From contig JAPPCX010000039.1 of assembly GCA_028875655.1 (NCBI GenBank), positions 30,392 to 94,391 of the forward strand: a DNA stretch of 64,000 nucleotides. Direction: 5' to 3'. How positions within the stretch are numbered: the first letter of the stretch is position 1; each line of letters opens with the position of its first letter. The DNA is from Chloroflexota bacterium (GTDB lineage Bacteria; Chloroflexota; Dehalococcoidia; Lucifugimonadales; UBA3495). Position numbers and translations under genes: made by a program. The notes under the pieces were generated by a model. It made no database searches. It worked only from the letters and a program-made list of their open reading frames with translations, and was not told the DNA's origin. Of this stretch, positions 28,085 through 36,920 are shown in pieces.

Positions 28085-30181
28085 CTACCGGCCGTTGCCG
28101 TAGGGCTGGATTAGGACGCGGAGGGTGCCGTCGTTCTCCTTGCGCTGGGTGAGGAGCTTGTGGCCGGCCTGCTCGGTCCAGTAGATGACGTCGTAGATGT
28201 TGAGGGCGTCGTGGAGGATGGCCTCGATGAAGGACGTGCGGTCGTACTCCATCTGGCGGCTGAGGGCGGCGATGACGCCGGCACAGTTCTTGCCGCGCCC
28301 GTCGATTATCGTCCATCCGCTGCCGTTCTGGTGGCCGTTGCCGCTACCATTTCCATTATGAGCGACGCCTACGGGGGCGCGGACGTCGATCTGGCCGCTC
28401 TTGCGCAGGTCGAGCTGCTCTTTGAAGTAGGCGACCGCCTCCCACGCGACGGCCCGGTCGCGCTCGCCGCTGGAGCATACTGCGCCGCGGACTCCGACGA
28501 TGTCGGGGTTGATGCGGGCCAGTTCGTCCAGGTTTTCCAGCTTCAGGTGTCCGCTGAGCGCGGTGCTCAGACCGGCCGCCTTGGCCTCCATGACCATGTC
28601 GCGCAGCACCGGTTCGGGCATGAAGTCGAACAGGTTCCGCCCGTCCTTGGTGAGCGTGTCGATGAGGAAGCCGTCGCACTCGCCGTCTTTGGCCAGTTGC
28701 ACCATCAGGTGCGGGTCAAGCCCACCGTCAAAGAGCAGGTTGTCCGCGAAGAGGGACCCGATGAGCTTGGTTTCAGCGTTGCCGATGGCGGCGCGGGACT
28801 CGCGGAGGACTTCAACGGCGGTTTCGTAGTCGGCAACCTGGAAACCCACTTTGACCGAGGTGGCGTCCATCATGGTGGCCGCGTGGACAGCCATAGCCAC
28901 GGTGCCCGGCTGGTTGGGAACGACGCCGAGGGTAACGCTGACGTGCTTGTGGGGCGGGATAATCTCCCGCACTTCCCGGACCAGACTGGGATGGGCGGAA
29001 CCCACCAACGCTTCTTGCAGGTTTTTCAAATCGATGATGTCGGCGCCGCCCCGGTCGGCTTCCAGCGCCTCGGCTTTGTTTTGAGCGCTGACCAACAGCA
29101 TCATGCCGGACCCTTCGAGGTCCAAGTGGCGGCCGGGCTCGCGGTTGCCGTTGAGCCAGGGAGCGTGGGGCCGACCGTGGATGACCTCGCGTTGCGGCTC
29201 TCGGGAAACGGTGGGACGTGGAATCAAGGGTTCCAGTTCCCGCCATAGCGCGCCCTTTTGCTCATCGGTGAGGTCGGTCAGCGGGGCGCGGACGCTGCCG
29301 CCGGCCATGCCCATCATCTCGCCCCAGGCCTTGCACATGGACACAGGCAGTGCGCCGCCGGTCTTCTTCATGGTGCCGCCCCACCACTTGTCGGACAACG
29401 CCTTGATGTCCTTGAGGTGGCGGTTGTAAAACTCCACGTCCAGGTCGCCGGCGGTGGCGCGGTCAATGAACTGCGTGTAGTAGTTGTGCAGCGGGGTGTC
29501 GAAGCGCCAGTCAGAGGTGTTGGCGAACATCACCTGCTGGTGAAATCCCAATTCTCTGGCCTTGTGGAATATCCACTCGTCGGGCGTGCTGATGATGGCA
29601 TCGCGGCCGACCAGTAGGTGCGTCTCGATGGAGATCTGCTGGTTAAAGCTGGCTTCCTTGACGCCGACCACGTTGGGGATGGCGCAGAGGCGCTTGAGAC
29701 CCTGGGGGCTGATGGTGATACCGAACTGCGGAGAGTTATAGAACATCATCGCCAAGTCGGTGCTGTCGGCGACCTGCGCCACGAAATCCACGACCTGATC
29801 CTCGGTCTTGGTGACCATGTAAGACGGTGCGATGATCAGCAGGTCAAACCCACGATCCTGGGCGTGCTCGGCCAACGCGATGCTCTCTTTAAGCGACGTA
29901 TCCGTAACGTGCGCGCCAATCAACCAGCGACCGGCGGCTTCATCAGCGACGGTATCCATCACGAGGCGGCGTTCGGCTTCGGTCAGGCTCCAGAATTCGC
30001 CCATGTTCCAAGTGCAGCCACCGCCGCGAACGCCGAGACTCTGGACGTGCCGGATGTTGCTGCGGAGTCCTTCGGTATCGACCCGGTTATCGGGGGTAAA
30101 GGGTGTGACCAGCGTCGTCCACTGCCCTTTCAGGGTTTGCCACGCCCATTCCTGGGCTTCATGCTTGCGGTAACCGGCCAT
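28085..30181 (-). CDS. tri-domain fusion: DapA-family class I aldolase + MfnB-like (DUF556) 4-HFC-P synthase + TusA-like domain
   Basis: One uninterrupted ORF. The N-terminal ~330 aa have a DapA-like pattern (TPFTPD..., Schiff-base Lys context VVGVKEAS). The middle ~240 aa match MfnB (GGADIIDLKN, FLIDTLTKDGRNLFDF, IVGVRGAVC). The last ~75 aa are TusA-like (IIDGRGKNCAGVIAAL...AGHKLL...DGTLRVLI). ATG 30181 has GGAGG upstream. Confidence 0.7.
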   Translation of the reverse strand: MAGYRKHEAQEWAWQTLKGQWTTLVTPFTPDNRVDTEGLRSNIRHVQSLGVRGGGCTWNMGEFWSLTEAERRLVMDTVADEAAGRWLIGAHVTDTSLKESIALAEHAQDRGFDLLIIAPSYMVTKTEDQVVDFVAQVADSTDLAMMFYNSPQFGITISPQGLKRLCAIPNVVGVKEASFNQQISIETHLLVGRDAIISTPDEWIFHKARELGFHQQVMFANTSDWRFDTPLHNYYTQFIDRATAGDLDVEFYNRHLKDIKALSDKWWGGTMKKTGGALPVSMCKAWGEMMGMAGGSVRAPLTDLTDEQKGALWRELEPLIPRPTVSREPQREVIHGRPHAPWLNGNREPGRHLDLEGSGMMLLVSAQNKAEALEADRGGADIIDLKNLQEALVGSAHPSLVREVREIIPPHKHVSVTLGVVPNQPGTVAMAVHAATMMDATSVKVGFQVADYETAVEVLRESRAAIGNAETKLIGSLFADNLLFDGGLDPHLMVQLAKDGECDGFLIDTLTKDGRNLFDFMPEPVLRDMVMEAKAAGLSTALSGHLKLENLDELARINPDIVGVRGAVCSSGERDRAVAWEAVAYFKEQLDLRKSGQIDVRAPVGVAHNGNGSGNGHQNGSGWTIIDGRGKNCAGVIAALSRQMEYDRTSFIEAILHDALNIYDVIYWTEQAGHKLLTQRKENDGTLRVLIQPYGNGR

Positions 30182-30315
30182 TTTAGTCAGCCTCCAACAG
30201 CAGTTGTCTTGCGTGAACCAATGGCGAGACACGCCAAAGGCGCGACCCGATTGGTCGAGAACAGTTTAAGCGGGCGGGCGGGCCGCCGTCAAATAAGGGC
30301 GATTCGGGGAAACCA

Positions 30316-31128
30316 TCAACCGGCCGGCTGGCAGTCTGGGCAAAACCAGGTACTGCGGCTGCGCACGCGCAGCAGTTGCACCTCGGTACCGCAATGCGGG
30401 CAATCCGCGCCCTTGTCACGGGGTATCGTCCACGGCGACAGCGCCGTTGGAGGATCCGGCCACTCGGCTTCCCGCGCGCCTGCGTACGCCTCCGTCGAGC
30501 GGGTGAGCGCGGTTACGATGGCACCGTGGAGGCGTGAGGTTTCATCCTCGGACAGGGTATTGCCGGCGCGCTCCGGGTGAATACCGGACAGATACAGCGC
30601 TTCGTCGGCATAGAGATTACCCAAGCCGGCGACGATGGATTGCTCCAGCAGCAGGGCTTTCAAGGGGGCTTTACGCCCGGCAAGGGCATCAGCAAGTATC
30701 CCGACGGTAAAAGACGGTTCCAAAGGCTCCGGTCCCATTTTGGACATGGCGTCCGCGGGGTCCGACAGCAGCCAGAGATGGCCGAACTTGCGCGGGTCGA
30801 TGAACCGCATCTCCCGGCCATCGTCCAGCGGGAAGGTGTGGCGCACCATGGGCGGCGGTTCGCTGTCGCCGTCATGTATGCGGAGGCGGCCGGTCATGCC
30901 CAGGTGGAGCACCAGGTGATAGCCGTCGTCCAGCGGGGCGATGAGATACTTGCCACGTCTCTGCACGTCCGCTATGCGCCGGCCGGCCACGCCCTCGATG
31001 AATTCGCCAACCGACGGATCGCGGATGGTGTTGGCCCAGGTGATTTCCGGCGCGCCCAACCTGCGCCCGACCAGGCCGGAACGGATGAGGTACTGGCGGG
31101 TGTTTTCGACTTCGGGGAGTTCGGGCAT
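30316..31128 (-). CDS. mutM: formamidopyrimidine-DNA glycosylase
   Basis: MPELPEVE N-terminus, H2TH region and C-terminal zinc finger CPHCG...CPDC. Confidence 0.9.
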   Translation of the reverse strand: MPELPEVENTRQYLIRSGLVGRRLGAPEITWANTIRDPSVGEFIEGVAGRRIADVQRRGKYLIAPLDDGYHLVLHLGMTGRLRIHDGDSEPPPMVRHTFPLDDGREMRFIDPRKFGHLWLLSDPADAMSKMGPEPLEPSFTVGILADALAGRKAPLKALLLEQSIVAGLGNLYADEALYLSGIHPERAGNTLSEDETSRLHGAIVTALTRSTEAYAGAREAEWPDPPTALSPWTIPRDKGADCPHCGTEVQLLRVRSRSTWFCPDCQPAG

Positions 31129-31137
31129 ATTCGATTG

Positions 31138-31192
31138 CCGGATTCCCGCCTTCGCGGGAATGACAGTGAGGGGGCTGGACTGACGGGAATTA
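31138..31192. repeat. REP-like element family A
   Basis: CCGGATTCCCGCCTTCGCGGGAATGACAG plus tail unit GACGGGAAT, between the ileS stop and the mutM start. Confidence 0.8.
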
Positions 31193-34100
31193 TTCGACGC
31201 GACGAACCGCCAGCGTGACCTCCATGCCTTCCACCTTGGCCGTTTCGGATCTGGCGTCTTCAGCGGGAGGTTCGGACAGCAGGGCTTCGCTGAGGGTCTC
31301 CTGCATGATGTAGTCTCGATGGCCGGTCATCACCCGCTCCACGTCGCCGGGTCCCTGATAGTAGGTCACAATGTGGTCGGTAATTTCGAAACGGGCGCCC
31401 TTCCTGAGGTTCTGGATGCGATGGGCTAGCTCGCGGGCCAGGCCCTCATCGGCCAATTCCGACGTGATATTGGCATCGACGGCAACCATGTACCCGGCCT
31501 CCAGGGCGGCGGAGTAGCCGTCAATGGCAACCACCGAGTCGCCGTCATCGCCTGCTGCCGACTGGGCCTGAGCGTACAGGTCCTGTTCGATCCCGTCGGC
31601 GCGGAGCGTCTTGATGTTGAGCTCTTCAAGGATCTGCTCGCTCACCCAATCCAGGTATTGCGCCTCGTCGGGTGTGCGGGTGCGTACCACCACTGACGCA
31701 AGGGGTTGCCGCACCTTGAGGCCGGCCTTGCTGCGGGCGGCGCGGCCCATGCTGGAAACGCGAATGGCGAGGCGCGTTGCGTCCATGATGGCGTCGTCAA
31801 TCAGCGACGGGTCGGCTACCGGATAGTCGGTCAGGTGGACACTGTCGGGCGCGTCGGGGTTGAAGCGGAGTTCCAGGTTGCGGTACATCTGCTCGGAAAC
31901 AAAGGGCGCCAGCGGGGCCATGAGGCGGGCCACGGTGGTGAGGCAGCGGTACAGGGTCGCGTAGGCGCCCAGCTTGTCGGCGTCGGCTTCGCTCTTCCAG
32001 AAGCGGCGACGGGAACGGCGGACGTACCAGTTGGACAGCGTGTCGATGAATTCGGCGATGCGGCGTCCGGCGTCGGTGGGGTTGTAGTTGTCGAGATGGC
32101 CGTCAACTACCTGTACCAACTGGTTCAGTTCGGCCAGAACCCAGCGGTCCAGCTCGGCCTCGGGCCGCCAATCGGCGGGGATTTGCGACGGCTCGAATTC
32201 ATCGATGTTAGCGTAGTTGGTGAAGAAGGAATAGACGTTCCACAGGGTCAGCAGCACCTGACGCAGGGTCTGCTGCACCAGCCTGTCTGAGAACCGGCGG
32301 GGTTCGCCGGGATGGGACGCGGTGAACAGATACCAGCGCAGGGCATCGGCTCCGTGGGTGTCCAGGATGCTGTCGGGTTCGACGATGTTGCCCAGCCGCT
32401 TGCTCATCTTGCGGCCGCGGCCATCCAGGATGAGGCCCAGGCAGATGACATTGCGGTAGGCAATGTCGTCCTGCATCAGCGTCGAAAGGGCGTGCAGGCT
32501 GTAGAACCAGCCACGGGTCTGGTCAACGGCTTCGCAGATGTAGTCGGCGGGCAGGCGGCCGTCGGTCTCAATATCGCGGTTCTCGAAGGGATAATGCCAC
32601 TGGGCGAGGGGCATCATGCCCGAGTCGAACCAGCAGTCCATCACCTCGGGGATGCGCCGGAACGCGCCGTTGCAGGCGTTGGATGGGCAAGGCCAAGTGA
32701 CATCATCAACGTAGGGCCGGTGGAGGTCCAGGTCTTCCAGGTTCTTGCCGCAACGTTGCGACAACTCCTCCACTCCGCCGAGGCAATCCATGCCGCCGCA
32801 CTCGTCACACTGCCAGATTGGGATGGGCGTGCCCCAGTAGCGTTCCCGGGAGATGGCCCAGTCCACGTTGTTGCGCAGCCATTCGCCAAACCGGCCCTCG
32901 CGGATGTGTTCCGGGTACCAGTTGATGCGGGAGTTGTTGCCCACCAGCCGGTCTTTCACTGCGGTGGTGCGGATGTACCAGGACGTCTTGGCGTAGTAGA
33001 GGAGCGGGGTGTCGCAGCGCCAGCAGAACGGGTAGGTGTGACGATAGACGCCCTGGTGGTACAGCAGGCCCCGAGATTCCAGGTCGGCCAGGATTTCGGG
33101 ATCGGCGTCCTTGACGAACTTGCCGGCGAAGGGGTAGTTGCCGGTGATGACGCCCTGTAAATCGACTGGCTGCACGAAGGCCAGATGATGTTCGCGTCCC
33201 AGGCCCAGGTCCTCATCACCGAAGGCCGGGGCGATGTGAACGATGCCGCTGCCGTCGTCCATGCTCACAAAGTCGGCGGACACTACTTTGGTGGAATAAG
33301 CATCAACATCTTCCAACGAGGTCTGGCCGTCGTCGTTCGCGATGAACTGGCGGATGGGAGTGCCATACTTGGAGGCGTCGTACAGTGGCCGGTAGGACAG
33401 GCCGACCAGTTCGCTGCCTTTCACTTCCTGCGTAACGGTGTAGTCGCCCTGCAGCACTTCCAGGAGCGCGGTGGCCAGTGCCATTCTGATCGTACCGCCG
33501 GCGTTGTTGGTGGTTTCAACGATGGAGTAGTCGGCGTCCTCGCTGACGGCCAGGGCGGTGTTGCCGGGCAGCGTCCACGGCGTCGTGGTCCACGCCAGGA
33601 AGTAGGACGGAACGTCGGGCGCGGAACCGCCCAGCCACTCGGTGGCCTCGAATGTTACGAAAGTTGACGGGTCTGGCGTGTTCTCGCGGTAACCCAGAGC
33701 GACCTCATGGGACGAAAGGCTGGAGACGCAGCGGGGGCAGTGCGGAGCGCCGCGCCGATCCTGGTAGAGCAGGCCCCGGTCCCACAACTGCTTGAGAATC
33801 CACCAGCCGGTCTCGATGTAGTTGTTTTCCAGGGTCACGTAGGGGTCTTCCATATCGACCCAGTAGCCGATACGGTCGGTCATAACCTCCCAATCCTTGA
33901 CGTACCGGAAAACGCTCTCGCGGCAACGTTTGTTGAATTCGGCGATACCGAATTCTTCGATTTCCCTTTTGGAAGACAAACCGAGTTCCTGTTCGATCTG
34001 GAGCTCAACCGGCAGGCCGTGGGTGTCCCAGCCGCCTTTGCGGATCACCCGGCAGCCCTTCATGGTGCGGTACCGGGAGATGACGTCCTTGAATACGCGG

Positions 34101-34291
34101 GCCAGGACGTGGTGAATGCCCGGGCTCCCGTTGGCGGTGGGCGGCCCTTCGTACATCATGAACAGGGGCGCGTCGGGCCGTTCGTCGTAAGAACGGCGAA
34201 ACACTTCCTGCTCCTTCCAGTATTCCAGAACCTCGGCATCCAGGTCGGGGAAATTGACCCGGCTGGAAACCACGTCAAACATAGCCGGCAT
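31190..34291 (-). CDS. ileS: isoleucine--tRNA ligase
   Basis: 1033 aa. HIGH-type motif PTANGSPGIHHV, KMSKS motif KMSKRLGN and a CP1 editing insertion. Confidence 0.95.
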   Translation of the reverse strand: MPAMFDVVSSRVNFPDLDAEVLEYWKEQEVFRRSYDERPDAPLFMMYEGPPTANGSPGIHHVLARVFKDVISRYRTMKGCRVIRKGGWDTHGLPVELQIEQELGLSSKREIEEFGIAEFNKRCRESVFRYVKDWEVMTDRIGYWVDMEDPYVTLENNYIETGWWILKQLWDRGLLYQDRRGAPHCPRCVSSLSSHEVALGYRENTPDPSTFVTFEATEWLGGSAPDVPSYFLAWTTTPWTLPGNTALAVSEDADYSIVETTNNAGGTIRMALATALLEVLQGDYTVTQEVKGSELVGLSYRPLYDASKYGTPIRQFIANDDGQTSLEDVDAYSTKVVSADFVSMDDGSGIVHIAPAFGDEDLGLGREHHLAFVQPVDLQGVITGNYPFAGKFVKDADPEILADLESRGLLYHQGVYRHTYPFCWRCDTPLLYYAKTSWYIRTTAVKDRLVGNNSRINWYPEHIREGRFGEWLRNNVDWAISRERYWGTPIPIWQCDECGGMDCLGGVEELSQRCGKNLEDLDLHRPYVDDVTWPCPSNACNGAFRRIPEVMDCWFDSGMMPLAQWHYPFENRDIETDGRLPADYICEAVDQTRGWFYSLHALSTLMQDDIAYRNVICLGLILDGRGRKMSKRLGNIVEPDSILDTHGADALRWYLFTASHPGEPRRFSDRLVQQTLRQVLLTLWNVYSFFTNYANIDEFEPSQIPADWRPEAELDRWVLAELNQLVQVVDGHLDNYNPTDAGRRIAEFIDTLSNWYVRRSRRRFWKSEADADKLGAYATLYRCLTTVARLMAPLAPFVSEQMYRNLELRFNPDAPDSVHLTDYPVADPSLIDDAIMDATRLAIRVSSMGRAARSKAGLKVRQPLASVVVRTRTPDEAQYLDWVSEQILEELNIKTLRADGIEQDLYAQAQSAAGDDGDSVVAIDGYSAALEAGYMVAVDANITSELADEGLARELAHRIQNLRKGARFEITDHIVTYYQGPGDVERVMTGHRDYIMQETLSEALLSEPPAEDARSETAKVEGMEVTLAVRRVE

Positions 34292-34314
34292 ACCTAAAAA
34301 CCTCCCTCCGGGAA

Positions 34315-35145
34315 TTAACGCCAGAAGGCGTGAAAATGGTGCAGCGGCCCATGCCCCTGCCCAATCGGGTAGGCCGCGCTGATGGCGGCGGTCACGTAGT
34401 CCTTGGCCTGCCTCACTGCCGCCGGCGTTTCCAGCCCGTGGGCCAGGCCGGCGGCCACGGCGGAAGCGAACGTGCAGCCGGTGCCGTGGGTATTGGTGGA
34501 GGGGATGCGCTCGGCGGTGAACTCCAGGAACTCTTCCCCATCATACAGGACGTCGGTCGGAGGCCCTTCCCGGTGTCCGCCTTTAACAACGACGGATTTA
34601 GCGCCCATGCCAATGATGGCTTCCGCAGCCCGGCGCACGTCGTCGTCGGACTCGATGGATCGTCCCGTCAATTCCTCGGCCTCCGGAATATTGGGCGTGA
34701 CTACTTTTGCCAGCGGGATCAGCTCGCTACAGATCGTAGCGATGGCTTCCTCCCGCAGCAGACGGTCGCCGCTTTTGGCAACCATCACCGGGTCCACCAC
34801 AAGATTGGTGATACCGTGACGGCGGACGGCTTCGGCTACGGTGGCAACGATGGCAGAGGAAGACAACATTCCGGTTTTCACCGCGTCCGCGCCGATGTCG
34901 GACACCACCGCGTCGATTTGCGCAGCGATCACATCAGTGGGGATTTCGTGAACCGCGGTTACGCCCACCGTGTTCTGCGCGGTGATGGCGGTGAGCGTCG
35001 ATGTGCCGAACACGCCCAGCGCGGAATAGGTCTTCAGGTCGGCTTGTATGCCGGCGCCTCCTCCGGAGTCTGACCCGGCGATGGTCATCGCGGTTGGCGG
35101 TCTGGATGAACTCATGGTATCTGCCAATTGTAAGGCAAGGTTCAA
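34315..35145 (-). CDS. thiD: hydroxymethylpyrimidine/phosphomethylpyrimidine kinase
   Basis: [17 protein letters not shown] and THGTGCTF motifs. The start is uncertain (TTG 35145 or ATG 35115). Confidence 0.9.
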   Translation of the reverse strand: MNLALQLADTMSSSRPPTAMTIAGSDSGGGAGIQADLKTYSALGVFGTSTLTAITAQNTVGVTAVHEIPTDVIAAQIDAVVSDIGADAVKTGMLSSSAIVATVAEAVRRHGITNLVVDPVMVAKSGDRLLREEAIATICSELIPLAKVVTPNIPEAEELTGRSIESDDDVRRAAEAIIGMGAKSVVVKGGHREGPPTDVLYDGEEFLEFTAERIPSTNTHGTGCTFASAVAAGLAHGLETPAAVRQAKDYVTAAISAAYPIGQGHGPLHHFHAFWR

Positions 35146-35156
35146 ATGAGTCGGGC

Positions 35157-35540
35157 CTAGTCGGGATTCTCGGGGATGCGCCAGTCGTCAGTCCCGGCGT
35201 TCTCGTCGGGCCCGGTCGGCAGATTCATGGCAACCGCTGCATCCCGCAGTACGCTGATGTGCTCTTCATCGGAAAGGACGCCGATGTGCAGCGCCGGCAG
35301 GGTTTCAATGTTCAAGCCGGCAGCCAGGCCGAGCTCCAGAGAAAGACGCACGGCGGACTGGTTATCGGCGGCTTCGGTGATGATGACGAAGTCGTAGCGG
35401 CCCAGGACGGCGTATTGAGTGAGAACCTTGCCGGCGGCGGTTTCAACGGCGGCGGCGGCTTCGCTGAGCAGATTGGGGTTGTCATGCCCCATGCGTCGGC
35501 CCTGTCCGGTAAGGTTGGCGAGCATTACGTAAAGAGGCAT
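35157..35540 (-). CDS. GYD domain protein
   Basis: The start is trimmed to ATG 35540 (MPLYVMLANLTGQG). It contains GRYDFVII, the characteristic GYD-type motif. Confidence 0.6.
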   Translation of the reverse strand: MPLYVMLANLTGQGRRMGHDNPNLLSEAAAAVETAAGKVLTQYAVLGRYDFVIITEAADNQSAVRLSLELGLAAGLNIETLPALHIGVLSDEEHISVLRDAAVAMNLPTGPDENAGTDDWRIPENPD

Positions 35541-35704
35541 TATCGGGCACCTTTTGCAGAGATGATCAGGGAGGAACCGCAGGTAGTATAGCATTGCGGG
35601 GCCAGGCGGAATTTCGGCAATGACAGCCGAAAACCGGGCGTGCTATCATCCCGACGGTTATCTTCAGGACAAAGCGGCGGGGATGCGCCCACAGGAGGTC
35701 TGCC

Positions 35705-36547
35705 ATGGACATCGGCTTGAATATGTCGATTTCTACCAACTCGATAGACGTAGCGGAGATTGCGGCCAAGGCCGAAGCTTTGGGGTTCGAATCGATCTGG
35801 CTCCCTGAGCACCCGGTCATGCCCGTCAATACCGCCTCCAAGTATCCCGGTTCGCCTGACGGCTCCATACCCGATTACATGAGCGACATGGCGGATCCCT
35901 ACATAGGGCTGGCCAGAGCTTCCGCGGTTACGTCCACCATTAAATTGGGAACCGGTATCACACTGATACCGGAGCGCAATCCCCTGGTGCTGGCGGGCGC
36001 AATCGCATCGCTTGACCGCTTCTCCGGCGGCCGGTTCCTCCTGGGCATTGGCACCGGCTGGCTCCGGGAGGAAACCGAGATCATGGGCGGCGACTTTGAC
36101 CACCGCTGGACCCAGGCCCGGGAATCCATCGAGGTGATGCGGGCTTTGTGGACGCAGGATGCCGCCGAATATCACGGGTGCTACTACGACTTCCCGCCCG
36201 TTCAGTGCAACCCCAAGCCCGCTCAGGAAGGCGGGCCGCCGGTCATCCTGGGCGGCAACGCTCGCAACGTGTTCCGGCGAGTCGCCCGGTGGGGCGACGG
36301 CTGGATGCCCACGGCGTCCAGCCCGGAACAGATCGCCGCCGGGCGGGCCGCCATTGACGAGTTGGCCGAGGCGTCGGGCCGGGACCCTTCTGGCATCGGC
36401 ATCACCGTGTTTGGACAACCCGCAGACCGGGGCTTGATCTCCCAGTTTGAAAGCGCCGGCGCCAACCGCGTCATAGTCCGCCTTGGCGACACTACCAGTC
36501 CACAGGCATTGGAAGAAATCGAACGCATCGCGCAAGCCGTCTTGTGA
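35705..36547 (+). CDS. LLM-class (luciferase-like) probable F420-dependent oxidoreductase
   Basis: 280 aa. AEALGFESIWLPEHP and GIGTGWLREE are typical LLM patterns. AGGAGG SD. Confidence 0.8.
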   Translation: MDIGLNMSISTNSIDVAEIAAKAEALGFESIWLPEHPVMPVNTASKYPGSPDGSIPDYMSDMADPYIGLARASAVTSTIKLGTGITLIPERNPLVLAGAIASLDRFSGGRFLLGIGTGWLREETEIMGGDFDHRWTQARESIEVMRALWTQDAAEYHGCYYDFPPVQCNPKPAQEGGPPVILGGNARNVFRRVARWGDGWMPTASSPEQIAAGRAAIDELAEASGRDPSGIGITVFGQPADRGLISQFESAGANRVIVRLGDTTSPQALEEIERIAQAVL

Positions 36548-36566
36548 ACGCTCTGCGGTCTTTGCG

Positions 36567-36593
36567 GGGCGACGCAATGCGTCGCCCTTTTTT
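36567..36593 (+). terminator. intrinsic terminator
   Basis: GGGCGACGC-AAT-GCGTCGCCC (9-bp stem) followed by TTTTTT, 20 nt after the LLM stop. Confidence 0.8.
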
Positions 36594-36632
36594 GATGTCT
36601 GGTTGGCCTATTTTGACCTAGTATCGTGTGCT

Positions 36633-36644
36633 TTGATATATCAA
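36633..36644. promoter_or_regulatory. 12-bp perfect palindrome TTGATATATCAA in AT-rich intergenic island (possible operator)
   Basis: Seen directly. It lies within the AT-rich block 36594-36900. Confidence 0.3.
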
Positions 36645-36805
36645 GGCTTGGCATATTCTACATTTGAAAGCATGATGTTAAATTACTGATAATTCGCAAC
36701 GTATAATTTACGATATGCGCTATAAACGCAAAATAATAGCGGAATCCATCTAAATTAGCGCTCTTTTTCAACAGTTTTTCGCAATTGGAATGGCGCGAAT
36801 CCGGT

Positions 36806-36835
36806 TTGACTGCGCCTACCGGTATTGCCTATATT
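36806..36835 (+). promoter_or_regulatory. sigma-70-like promoter TTGACT-18 nt-TATATT for the ABC importer locus
   Basis: Near-consensus hexamers about 85 nt upstream of ATG 36921. GGAGG SD at 36910-36914. Confidence 0.5.
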
Positions 36836-36920
36836 GCCCGAACCTGAGTCCGGCGGCGACGGGTTCGCCGTTGGGTAAGGCACACCTACAGATCTACTCT
36901 ATACAAATTGGAGGACCTGT

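Noticed and set aside
34292-34314. T-box or attenuator leader for ileS
   Set aside because: Only 23 nt separate ileS from thiD upstream. ileS appears co-transcribed rather than leader-regulated.
35146-35156. TPP riboswitch upstream of thiD or thiE
   Set aside because: thiD is only 11 nt from the preceding gene, and thiE overlaps the FmdB-like gene. There is no untranslated space for a THI element, and I saw no CUGAGA-type core.
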